Assembly (NCBI RefSeq): GCF_021028975.2
Contig: NC_059426.1
Coordinates: 142,166,001-142,230,000, forward strand
Direction of reading: 5' to 3'
Length of the DNA: 64,000 nucleotides
DNA from: Sphaerodactylus townsendi
Lineage: Eukaryota
A program made the translations under genes and the position numbers. Shown here in pieces: positions 1 through 11,918 of this stretch. The notes below the pieces were generated by a model, which made no database searches, was not told the DNA's origin, and was given only the letters and a program-made list of their open reading frames with translations. Within the stretch, counting starts at the first letter, position 1. Each line of letters opens with the position of its first letter.

Positions 1-186
1 CTATTTGGGGGAGATTTGGCTGTAGAAAGGCCAAAGAAATGTCTGCAGTTCAAACTTTCATCCTACAAGGGGAGGGCAACCAAGAATTACTCGCTATTTG
101 GACTTAGTGGGTAGGAACCGCTGGGACGGGAGATCTCCTGCTATTACAACTGATTCTCCAGATAACAAAGATCACTTTCTCTAGAG

Positions 187-330
187 CAGGAGTGTCCAAC
201 TCTGGTGCTTCAGATGTTCATGGACTACAATTCCCATCAGCCGCTGCCGGCATAGCCAATTAGCCATGCCAGCAGGGGCAGATGGGAATTGTAGTCCATG
301 AACATCTGAAGCACCAGTTGGACACCTTTG
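187..330. mobile_element. Palindromic hAT MITE
   Basis: Inverted arms; 8-bp TSD CTCTAGAG (179-186, 331-338). Confidence 0.85.
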
Positions 331-1455
331 CTCTAGAGAAAATGGCTGCTTTGTGGCGACCAGGGATGATTTGTGGGAGACTGACCTTATGAGATCCTGT
401 CCTGTCTCAACCTCTACCCTCCCCAGGTTCAACCCCCAAATCTCCAGGAATTTCTCAGCCTAGAGATGGCAACCCCAATCTGTCCTTTCCCTCCAGAAAA
501 CCATAGCCAGGCACCTGTAATTCCCAGCCCACAGTGCAGAAACTCCAGTGGCCACCGTTCCCAGCTCAGCATCTCTGCTTATCATATGAGTACAGCTCTC
601 TTTAGCAATCATCATAATATTGACCTAAAATGAGATAATTTCAAGGTATGCAAGAAGGAAGCAGAAGGGAAGTGTATGGGAGGGCATCTAATTGAGTTAA
701 AACAGGTGTCTTGGTGGTGCAACCAAACAAGTATTCAATTTGGCTTTTGGAGGCCTGCTATAATATTGACTTGGGTGACCTTGGGCAAGTCATTCTCAGT
801 GTAACTTGCTTTGCAGGACTGCTGTGAGTATAAACGAGATAAGAATTGTATGTGAATTTCTGCTGTCAAACTCTGCGCTCCTGTCCAGAGGCCTGATGTC
901 AACATATCATTTACCAATGTTTCAAAGACAGATGAGGCCTGAATAAATGTTTGGAAAACATCTGCAGGAAAACAGACATGGTTGGCTTGTGCACAGATTC
1001 TTTTTGGAAAGATTTTTGGGATTTGGTATTATGATTCCCCCTTCCTTATTTCTCTGAACCCACTCCCGTTAATTAAAACATAAGGAAAATAAAGTTGGAG
1101 AGTATCTGGTATTCTGACTTCAGTTGCATTTTTCAGATTCTTTTCCCCAGGGATAAATGATGCCACATCAATGTGTCAGGAACAAACTTGGACTGCACCA
1201 ACAGTTGTAACTATAGTAGAAATAGTTTACTGGCAGCATACTAGCCGTTGCCACAGTGCACTAGAGATCATACTTGAGGGTTGCCAAACTCCAGGTGTGG
1301 CCTGAAGATCCCCCAGAATCAGGGCTGAATCTATGGGAAACAGCAACTAAGGCAAACAAACCTGCACATGATGTTGGTATGCTTCTCATCCCCAGTGCGC
1401 TCTTGCGCCTCTCCAGGATGGTCAGGAGTGACCCTGGCCTCTTTGCCCTTTTCTA

Positions 1456-1750
1456 GGAGCAGCAGTGGCGTAGTGGTTAAGAGCAGGTGCACTCTAATCT
1501 GGAGAACCGGGTTTGATTCCCCGTTCTGCCACTTGAGCTGTGGAGGCTTATCTGGGGAACTAGATTAGCCTGTGCACTCCCACACACGCCAGCTGGGTGA
1601 CCTTGGGTGAGTCACAGCTCTTTGGAGCTCTCTCAGCCCCAGGGTGTTTGTTGTGGGGTGGGGGGGAGGGGAAGGGAAAGGAGATTGTCAGCCCCTTTGA
1701 GTCTCCAGTAGAGAGAAAGGGGGGAGGTATAAATCCAAACTCTTCTCTTC
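1456..1750 (+). mobile_element. tRNA-derived SINE (Squam3/MIR-like)
   Basis: A box TGGCGTAGTGG, B-box-like GGTTTGATTCC, CTT-rich tail; multiple similar copies in the window. Confidence 0.85.
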
Positions 1751-1967
1751 TGTTTCCTCTCCCTCCCTGGAACCCAAGGACGTGTCCACAGAAAATGATG
1801 CCTGGATTAAGCTCACAAACTGTGCTCCCTCCAGCTACGGAGATGGCACCCAGCTTCAAGTAGGGATGGCACCCAGCTTCAAGTAGTACTCAGGGTACAT
1901 GCCATACCTTAGATACACCACTACACAAAACTGCAACTTATCTCCACATGGTAGATAATTTCCCCTG

Positions 1968-3332
1968 TAATGAATAAGGTTATATATATGACAAAAATTA
2001 TTTAGGTAGGGGGATTCCGAAATGCAAGAATATTATGAAGCATTCCAGATTAAGAGTCTGATGAGTATAAAGGAAGATAATGTTGAAGGAGGGTTAAGTT
2101 CGAAAATGAAATAAACGAAGGAGTTGGTGTTTATGGTATTTTTAATAAAGAGTTGAAGAAAGGAAATCAAACTGCAATAGGGCCAAGAAAGGTGCTACTA
2201 GATATGTGGGGAAAATGAAGAGGTAAATGGATGCCTGACACTCTGGATGTGGCACCTTTGGGAAGTGTGACTGGAAAAGAAGGGAAAAAAGTGATAAAAG
2301 TATTGAAAAGAAAAGGAATCCAAACTGTGGCAAATTTGATTAGAGAAGGAGGAGAAATTATGACATTACAAAAATTTATAGAGTTAGGAGGAAATGAGAA
2401 CTGGTTGGTTTTGAGAGGTATTTGGGAAAGGATAAAGATTTCACGAATAAAAGGAGAATGTATAATGTTGAAGTGTCTTGAACTATATGAAAAATTTAAA
2501 GGTAAAATTCTAGGGCATATATAAAATATATGGTAGATGATAAGGAATTCATGATAAGAACATTGAATCAAAAATGAGAGAAGGAAGGATTTTTAGACAC
2601 TGGAAATATTGAAAAATTAATAGACAGTTGGAAAAATATAAAGATTGAAAAATATATGGAGTTAGAAAGAAAAGTGATATTAAAATGGTACAGAACACCA
2701 AAACAACTAGCATATATGATAAAAGGACCTAGTTCCAAATGCTGGCACTGTGGAGACCAAGAGGCATATTATAGTCATATGTGGATAGAATGTGCAGAAG
2801 TGAAAAAATTTTGGGCAATTGTACTGTTATATATTGAGAAACTGGTGAAGATTAATATTGTTTTAAATGATGATTTAATGTTCATGGGTATAATGGAGGA
2901 TAGAAGGGTGGATAAAAAATATAGTTACATGTATAAAATAATGATTAAAGCAGCCCATGCAACAATAGCTTTGGGCTGGAAAGAAAAGAAAAAATGGACA
3001 ATTCAGAAATGGTTGGAATATATCTGGGAACAAGTGACACTAGATATTTTCGATATAATAACAAAAAATAAATTGTGGCAAGATAAACAGAGCGAAATTT
3101 TGAAGATATGGACAATATATGCGAACTGGATGAAAGAAGCTGGAGTCAATGAAGAAATATTGGAGAAGAGGCTACAGAGAATGAACTTACTGCTGTTTGT
3201 GTGATAAAATTATGAAGAAGATGTAACGGGGAGGGGGAAAAAGAGGGGAAATGTATTGTTTGAAAATGTATGATGAAGGATACTTATATAAAATGTAAAA
3301 TTCAAATGATACAATAATTTTTTTAAAAAAGT
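1968..3332 (+). mobile_element. 5'-truncated L1/Tx1-clade LINE (ORF2 C-terminus with zinc knuckle)
   Basis: ORF 2656-3204 KWYRTP...CWHCGDQEAYYSHMWIEC...FW (zf-RVT-like); A-rich strand; TSD TAATTTCCCCTG at 1956-1967 and 3333-3344. Confidence 0.85.
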
Positions 3333-3512
3333 TAATTTCCCCTGGATAAAATGGCTGCTTTTCTGGGTGGACTGTATGACATCATACATTGCTGATGTCC
3401 CCATAGGCTCCACCCCCAAATCTCCAGGAATTTCCCCACCTGATGTAGTATAGTGCCATTATGGAAGAACCCTCCGGGAGGATGAGGGATTTTATCCTGC
3501 CTTCCAGTATGT

Positions 3513-3730
3513 ATAGGCTTGCCAACCTCCAGGTGGTAGTTAGAGATCTCCTGCTATTATGGCTGATTTCTAGGCAACAGAGATCAATTCACCTGGCAAA
3601 AATGGCTACTTTGGAAAGTAGACACTATGATTTTATACGAAATAGAAGTTCCTTCCCCTCCCAAATACCATGCTCCTCAGGCTTTGCCTCCAAAATCAAC
3701 AGGCGTTTTCCAACCTGAAGCTCATAGTCC
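3513..3730. mobile_element. Abundant TAGGGTTGCC-type MITE family (hAT-Blackjack-like ends); other copies at ~105-477, ~6587-6790 and ~38440-38652
   Basis: Recurrent core AGATCTCC...AAAATGGCTGCTTTGGAAG...CCCCAAATCTCCAGGAATTTC; GGTTGCC/GGCAACCC termini. Confidence 0.6.
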
Positions 3731-6700
3731 TAGGTTTATTAGCAACTAGGTTCCATGAGCAAAGTAGGCTACAGGATTACTTCCTCTTATTTATTCAGCC
3801 TTGCTGAAGTGAGTTTTAGGTGTACACATTAACCACAAGTTGCCTGATTTCCAGCAGTTGCTAGTCCTGGGAGGCTAAAAAGGAAGAGAAAGAAGCAGAG
3901 GGTGGGCTTCATCAAAGTTGCTAGGAACAGCTGTTGCTGTAGGAAGCCCCCAGAGGCTAAAGGGGAAAATGAAACAGTTTTGCTCATATTGTGGCTTTCT
4001 TTCTTTTGTGTAATTAAAGTACATTTTATGTTGCCAAGATACCTTACCTCATTGAGCTTCTTTGACCACCCAACTCCACTAAAGAATCTCTGCCTCAGGC
4101 AAAATGGCCTCTGGTAAAACACCTGTAGCTGGCAACCCTAACATGCACGAAGAGCCTGAGCCAGACATGCCCAGAACAGCACGGAAGTGAACCAGTGCTG
4201 CCAAGATCATATTATTAAACTGGAAGTGTCTCTGCTGGACATTTTCCAGACCATGCCAGCATAGCCGACTCTCCAGCCTGGGAAAAGGGTGGAACCCACT
4301 TTTAAGCTGACTCTTGCTGCTATTGGTAATGTAGCCAATTACAGGGTCTCTCCAGGGACACACAGGCTCCAGCTGTGTGAAGGCAATTCTTTGGGCAGTG
4401 GCTGAAAAGGGATAGTGGTGCCGTGATTTCTGCACAGAAAAACAACATTTAGGAGCCCAAACATTCCTCCATTCCCTTATTTGTAGCTATTATTTATCTG
4501 CAGACCATGGCCTCCTGTTTGACGCAAGAACTCGACTCCTCTGTTAAAAACTAGGATTTAGCCAGAGGAAGCAAGTTTGATCGGGGCACCCATGGGGAAG
4601 GTTAAAGAGGAAGGCTGTGGGTCAGAGATTCTCTCTGATGAGAGCCGTTTGGCTTGTGCTGCAGCCTGAGCAACATCCTCTGTCTTCCAGCAACTGCATA
4701 CAAAGGAAGGGACTGCCTTGGCTTTTGCTTTGCCTGCCCAGCACATCAAGCTGCCAGGAATGGCTGCTGTCCCACCTCGTTTGCTTTGGCCCTGCATTTG
4801 CATTGCACTCTCCAAAATAAATCCAGTGTTTTCTCCAATAAGCCTCCGCCTGAAGCTTGATCCTGGCATCACTCACTGCAGCTTCCATGTCCTCGTCATG
4901 CAGACGCCTCCTGCTTCTTTATACGATCCCCTTCCCAGACTGCCTCTGCTTCTGCTGCTTGGGGCACAGAGCCCTTGTCCCAATTTCAGACTTGCAGACA
5001 ACGGAGGGTGGCTGATTGTTTTCCATTAATGTGGGAAATTCAGACCTCCTCTGTCTTGATCATAATTCACAACCGGCAGTTGACATGAATGATAAATGAT
5101 TTAAAATACAGTACTTTAGAATTAGTTAGCCGATTATGCCACAGGTTTTCATAAACAACGGCAGACTTAATTGAATCCTCCGGATAATCTGGGAAAGTGG
5201 TGGGAGGCACATGGGCTGAAGTGGGAGGGACAGTAAACCAAGTTGAAAGAAGCACAATTATTGGAGCATGGTGCATCATCTAATACTTTTCTATATTTTA
5301 TTTATACAGTGGTGGTTCAACGGGGATGGGGTGGAGATCACCACAGAATACACATCTCTGACTCCACTCTACCTTCGTTTCTCACCCAAGGAGTTAACAG
5401 CAGAGTCCTAAGCAGAGTTGCAGCTTTCTAGTTTATTAAGTCAATGGGTTTAAAGCTGTAATTCTCCTTAGCAGTGCATGGTCAAGCTCCTTTCTACCCC
5501 ATTCACCTGGTGTCCTGAAACAGAGCACATCAAGCCTTGTGGGGCTTCTCAAATTCTCACAGCTTGTTGAGAGCTTTATGGGCAGGGCTTGATGGGAATG
5601 CACAGCTTACTACACTATATTTCAAAAGCAAGTTCACCTCTCTTCTCATCCCCAATTGAAACAGAAGTGAAACATTTGCTCTTGTTTGTCCCTCGTTATC
5701 ACTGCTTCTGCTTTTCCTCCCTCTCTCTGGAGCGTGGCCTTGGTTGTTGAGATTTAGATTGCAAATGTCTTGGATACAAACCTCCTTCTGTGTTCATCTT
5801 AACATGTAGAGTTCAGTTTTTATGTTGAGTATAAAATTAATAACAGGAATAGTATCAATAAAGTGACAAGACCAAATATCAAGACCAGGACGCTGGCAAA
5901 AAAAAAATACATCAGTTACTGAATTCCATTTATAATGTGCCATTTATAATGTCTCTTTGGTCCCTCTAGGCAGAAAAAGGAGACAGCACAGAACTGGTGT
6001 GTCAGGACAGAAGCCTCGTACTTCCCTTTGCCCCATCACCTCTCTCCTCTCCTTCTTCTTGAGGGCATTTGATGCCAAGGTTGCAGCAACCGACCCTGGG
6101 AATGCACCAGATGGGTTTTCTCAGACAGTTTATGCTGGAGCCGGCCTCCCCCAGCTGAAATAACAACAGCCTTAACCCAAAAATCTGATATTGCAGCCCA
6201 TCGGAAAGACGCTAGACTCAGGGCAAACGAAAGACGCAGGGACCAGACCTGGAGACAACTGCAAGAAGAATCTCTTCTTAAAAGGTTGAGGGAAAGTGAC
6301 AGGCCAGACAGAGACCAGGCTGGCTTGGAAGCGGCCCAGCCAATCTGAACCAAGCTGGAGGCGCCCAGGCGCTGAGAAGGCAGCTCTCCACGGATGTATC
6401 TAGGAAGGAGCGTGACCTCAGGAACGTCTCCTTCAGATGAGAAATCGTGGGACTGTTACTATTTGAATCAAGGAACAACAAAGGGGCTTCTGGGTAAAAA
6501 AAAATACAAAAAGATCCTGAGAACTGCCCAGATGAAGTTGTGGGTGGGAGATGCAATTCAAAGCTCACCCCACCCTTTTTCTGCAGTAGGATTGCCAAAT
6601 CCAACTTGTCAGATTTCTGTAGATTTGAGAGAAGTGCCAGTGCATTTTGGGGAGGGAGCTCAGCAGGGTGTGATGACATAAAGGCCACCTTCCAAAGCTG

Positions 6701-6868
6701 CCATTCTCTCCAGGGTAAACGGTCTCTGTACTCTGAAGAGCCACTGTAATTCCAAGAGAACTCAAACTTTCCCTTGCTGGAAACCATGGCTCCGGTGTGC
6801 CTATGACAAATTCAGTGTGAGATTTGGGATTTATCATACATATAAGAAAACTGGGGGAAATGCTAGAA

Positions 6869-7093
6869 TATATTGTTGAAGGCTTTCACAGCCGGAATCA
6901 CTGGGGTGCTGTGTGGTTTCTGGGCTGTATGGCTGTGTTCTAGCAGCATTCTCTCCTGACGTTTCACCTGCATCTGTGGCTGGCATCTGAAGATCTCCTT
7001 TGAAGATGCCAACCACAGATGCAGGCGAAACGTCAGGAGAGAATACTGCTAGAACATGGCCATACAGCCCAGAAACCACACAGCACCCCACTG
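6869..7093. mobile_element. Penelope-like-element-derived inverted (fold-back) repeat; related copies at 7184-7392, 50755-50840 and 57483-57702
   Basis: ~85-bp inverted arms containing GAAGATGCC...GGCGAAACGTCAGG. Confidence 0.65.
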
Positions 7094-9514
7094 ATACAAT
7101 ATAGTTTAAAAATTAGAATGATAGGGCTGGTGGAAAGATAAGAATTGGCTTGTCCAAGGCATTTTAAAAAACAGAATCCCTGCTATTGTCAAGGGCTTTC
7201 ACGGCCAGATTCAACTGGTTGTGGTGGGTTTTCCGGGCTGTGTGGCCACGGTCTGTAGATCTTGTTCCTAACATTTCGCCTGCATCTGTGGCTGGCATCT
7301 GAAGATTGCCAAGAACAATAGATGCAAGCCGAAGCGTTAAAGGAACAAGAATCTACCAGATGCAACCACACAGCCCTGAAAACTCACTACAACTCAGATG
7401 CATCCATGCAACTTTTAAGAATTTTCTTTATTATTTATTAATTGCCAGCAATCCTCCAAGAAACCGACCTCTGTCACACCCTTTTGTCCCCTCACGACAA
7501 CCCTGTGAGGTAGCTTAGACTAAGACAGAGAGAGTGACTAGCTCAGGTTCATCCAGTGAGCTTGATGGATCAGTGAGAACATGATCCTGTCCCCACCCCC
7601 CCAACCCCTTATGTCTGCATGACAAGGCCCACTTGACAATTTTTTGCTTTCTGCAGTTTTTAGGCTGCAATTCTATGCACAATTACTTGGGAGCAAAGCC
7701 TCACTGAAAGTAGGGGGGACTTACTACCAAGTAAAGATTAAACTGATCTGGCTGAACATGTGGCACAATCCTTTTGCACTTGGTCATCGGATCTGAGCAT
7801 TGGCTTGCGCCTGCTGCTGTTTCTTGATCCCTTAAAGCAGGGATAATCACACAGTGGCTAAGGACCCATATGTGGCTTTTTGACATGCCACTTGCAGCCT
7901 TTCTGAGCACTGTTCTGCAGTGTGGCATCTGCCTCATGATTCAGGAAAGTGGACAAAGCCAATGGATAGTGGGACGTGGTAGGCACATGGTTCCCACCTT
8001 GAAATAGCTTCTGCCTGAGAAATGGGTAAGCTGAGAGCCTGCCTGAAGTACACACCTCATGCCAGGGATGTGGCTGATTTGCTTTGTGGTAACTGCAAGT
8101 GTGGCTTTCCGTTAACTGCTGCATGAATACCACAGCCTTAGAGGAAAGCAGCTGCCAGCAGGAGGGATGAGCTGCTACCACTGTAGGTGCATAAAACATA
8201 AATCTGGAAGATATCTCAAGGGTCATCTAGTCCAACTGTCTGCACAAGGCAGGAAATTCACAATGACTCCCTCCATTCCCCCAGTGACTAGGGGAAGGGA
8301 AAAACCTTCAGGATCCCGGGCCAATCTGGCCTGGAGGAAATTCCTTTCTTACCCCAAAGTGGAAATCAGCATTAACCTGGGCGTGCAAGAAAGGGCCAAG
8401 AGAGCTGAGTACTGGTTTATCCCTTCCTGCCCTCCCTCTCATAATCTGCCTAAGTCCACCTTATGCCTAAATTCACACAGTAATTGATATCTTATGTGAC
8501 ACATTCAGGAACCACTTTTACTCAGTTGCTTTTAGGAGCAAAGAACACAATTGAGGTGGGCAGTTGTGTCTGATGGAAGGTGCTTTATAGAATTATATTA
8601 GGTGAAATGAGAGAAGTGTAGGAGTCTTCTTGGCCACATCAGGCCAGCCATTCCACCAGGCAGAGATACAGCATGGTCTACTGGTTAAGAGCAGTGGACT
8701 CTGGAATCTGGAGAACAGGATTTGATTCCACATTCCTCCATATGAGCAGCAGTTTTTTATCTGGTGAACTGGATTTGTTTCCCTGCTTCTACACATGGAG
8801 TCTGCTGGGTGACCTTGCGCTAGTCACAGTTCTTCAGAACATTTTCAGCCCCACCTTGGGCTGTGGATGGGGCTGCCTGGCTCTTTATCATTTTACAGCC
8901 AAGACTTTTGTACAGGTAGAATCAGTATTGTGATTTTATACACTGCTGGTTTTCCCACTAACATTCTGCAGGCCACATTTATAGTGCAAATGCATAATGG
9001 GTGGCACAGCACTGGCAGGCATACCCTGCACAATATAAGTGGGCAGTAACACAACATCTTTTTCTAATCCCTAAAGACACATGCAAAAGAATCACTGAAC
9101 AATGTAGCTTTGTTCAAGTAAAATAAATAGAAATTTGTATGGTAGTATCACAGTAACCCAATTATATATAATTATATAATTATAAAATGTAACCCAATTA
9201 TAACACAAAGCCCTCAGCAACTTCATGAGGTGCGGAGTTGGGACCAGTCCCAGGTTTCTTTGAGTTCTGGGCAACTGAGTGTAACTTGGCCCCTTTCCCC
9301 CTCTGTTAGAGTCCCTTTTTCCTCTAACAACACTCCTTCCATTTGGCCCATCCCCTTTGGCCCTGCCCTTTTTTCTTTAACTGCTCCCTCTTCCATTTCA
9401 ATGTGTTACTTTGGTAAAGAGAAATCATCTAACATTTTGCTTCCTCTGTTACCTTTAATTGTGGGTATATGTGTTAATTGTGATCCTAGGAATTACTGAC
9501 ATCCAAAAACATCC

Positions 9515-10545
9515 TATTGTTGCTTAGGTCTTGAAAAATGAGGGCGATGGCTTCCTAGATTGAGTCAATCCATCTCATGTTGGGTCCTCCTCTTTTCTCT
9601 GCTGCCTTCAACTTTTTCTAGCATTAATGTCTTTTCCAGTGACTTTTATCTTCTTATTATGGAAACAACGTACAATAGCCTAAATTTAGTCATTTTAGTT
9701 AACAGAGTTCAGACTTGTTTTGATCTAGAACTCATTTACAGACCAATCTGAGGAGGGGGGCAGTTAGGCAGCACCTGGGGACTGCACCACTGCAGCGCAG
9801 CCATGCCCCCTCCAATGGAGTTCCAGATGGCATGGCAAGCATTGGGAAAAAAGATAACCCACTGCTGCCTGGAAAACTCCACAGAAAATAATGACTTAAG
9901 CCATATACTTTCATGGCATGTCAGAAGGCTGAGTCACAGGCAATCCCAAGCCGACAGGCCTTTGGAAGTTTGAGTACAGTCAGCTTCTCCCCCAAGAATC
10001 CCCCCATCCTCAGATGTGCAAGTGTCCCCTTTTATGCTGGTATAACTGGGGTGTCAGCCTCTTCCAGGTTGGGCACAGCAAAGCTGTGGAATGCCTGCCT
10101 GCTGGCTTGTTTGTTCTCTCCACCAGCATATTTGCTTCTTTGCCTGCAGGGTGGGCAAACACACTGGCATGGACTTGAAACAGTTCCATTACTCCTTTTG
10201 CCCCCACCCCAGATTGGGCTGCCCTTCGTCTTTTTCGCTGTTCACAGTATACATAAAACTCTCCTCTAACACCACATTTCAAATGAATTTACTTTCTTCC
10301 TGTCAGCTTTCTTCAATGTCCAAATTTCATACTCACATATAGTAATGGGGAATACTGTGGTATGAATTATTTTGATCTCCAGTGACACATCCTTACACTT
10401 AAGAATCTTTTCTAGCTTCTTTATGGCTGTATTTCCCAGTCAATCTCCTTCTGGTTTCTTGGTTGCAGTCTCCCTTGTGGTTGATGATGGAGCCAAGGAA
10501 TAGAAAAATCTTTAACAATTTCAATTTCTTCATTGTCGTAATTGC
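9515..10545 (-). mobile_element. RTE/BovB-like LINE fragments (two pieces, ~9515-9745 and ~10260-10545)
   Basis: Recognisable RTE 3'-region text (CCTCTTTTCTCTGCTGCCTTCAACTTT...); degenerate. Confidence 0.5.
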
Positions 10546-11455
10546 CCTACAGTAATTTTATTAATTTGTATAAAACTACAGAGAAGAAAATATGCTTGCC
10601 TTGATTTTATTTTGAGTCCTATTTGGTAAAATTGGAATCCTTTGTGTGAAAGTATAAATGTTCTGAAGGAACCTTGGTCTCAATTATAAAGAAATTTCTC
10701 CACTCTGTTCATGGGAGGTGAGAGGACCAACATTTCATCACTCAGTACTGGATTAAAGTAACCATAACTTAGCTAATATAAAAAAAGACTCTTACAACAC
10801 AAGACGACATATCTATCTATTTTTATTCTGCCTGTTCTCCAAGAAGTTCAGAGCAGTGCACTTAATTCTACCTTGTCCAATTTATCCTCTGTGAGACTGG
10901 TTAGACTGAAAGAAAATTAATGTAATTCAAAACAGAGCAATCCCCCATTGGAATTACTTAGCATTGTACTGAATGACTGCCCCAAGGTAATCCAGCAAAG
11001 TTCCTTGTCAACACACATGGACCATAATTTGGAAACGGTGGGCATCCCTGTAGCAGCCAGAAATAAAAACAAAATGTAGCTTCCTTGGCTCCTGCAAGGA
11101 AAAAAAGTGGAGGGCGTGTGTGTGAAAGGGGTTTTTTTTTAAAATGGTATTAAAGTACAGATTTGTCGTGGCATACGCTTGTGGATTCGGGGGCCCTTCT
11201 GCACATACAAAACAATGCACTTTGAAATTGGATTTTACTGTGCGGAATAGCAAAATCCACTTTCAAACAATTGTGGAAGTGGATTGAATGTGCATTATTC
11301 TGCATGTGCGGAAGGGATCTCGGATACAAAGGATTATCCCGTAATAAAGGTCTTTCAGGAGTCGCAAATTGGATCACCTGCTGCGTGATCCAATTTATGT
11401 CAGTTCAATCCCAAACTGAGACCGGCATCACCTCTTCCCTTCCTCAACTCCCCAT

Positions 11456-11540
11456 CAAACAAACAAACAAACAAACAAACAAACAAACAAACAAACAAAC
11501 AAACAAACAAACAAACAAACAAACAAACAAACAAACAAAC
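11456..11540. repeat. (AAAC)~21 perfect microsatellite
   Basis: Read directly. Confidence 0.97.
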
Positions 11541-11599
11541 ACCCTGCGCAGAAAGATCTCACCTCCTCATACGACTAGCCACACCGCTTGTAATCCGCC

Positions 11600-11746
11600 T
11601 GGGCCCATGTGTGCCCTCGACCAATAGAAACAATTCTAAACCGGAAATACGTCCGTCCTCGGAGTCATTCCGGCCGGCTGTGGATCCCTCGCTTTCCAGT
11701 TCCGCCGCTGAGTAGTCTCCCCCTCCCCCTCTTCGGAGTCGCCGAA
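11600..11746 (+). promoter_or_regulatory. EIF2B2 CpG-island promoter/5'UTR with CCAAT box (~11621) and ETS-type CCGGAAAT motif (~11641)
   Basis: CpG-dense segment directly upstream of the ATG; motifs read directly. Confidence 0.65.
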
Positions 11747-11918
11747 ATGTCGGGAATGGCGGCGGCGACGAAGAAGGAGTCGGAGCTGTCCGGCCAGATC
11801 GAGGACTTCGTGGCGCTACTGAAGCGGGGCGGGGAGCGGCCGCGCTCAGAGGAGGCTGCCCGGCAAACCGTAGGGCTGCTGCGGAGGATCGTGGCTCACG
11901 GACGCTGGGACAATGCGG
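11747..11918 (+). CDS. EIF2B2: eIF2B subunit beta, coding exon 1 (MSGMAAATKKESELSGQIEDFV...WDNAG)
   Basis: CpG-rich first exon; peptide resembles the eIF2B-beta N-terminus; donor G|GTGAG at 11919. A second in-frame ATG at 11756 gives 351 aa. Confidence 0.95.

Noticed and set aside
1456-1530. tRNA genes (and 5S rRNA at ~18850)
   Set aside because: These are SINE heads followed by SINE bodies and tails; no complete tRNA or 5S structure.
6070-6350. Peptide ...RRRDQTWRQLQEESLLKRLRES... as a prohormone
   Set aside because: The frame has an upstream stop, no start codon or signal peptide, and no recognisable family.
1-11000. PGF coding exons expected from synteny
   Set aside because: No PDGF/VEGF cystine-knot or PGF signal-peptide sequence was recognised; the gene probably lies left of the window.
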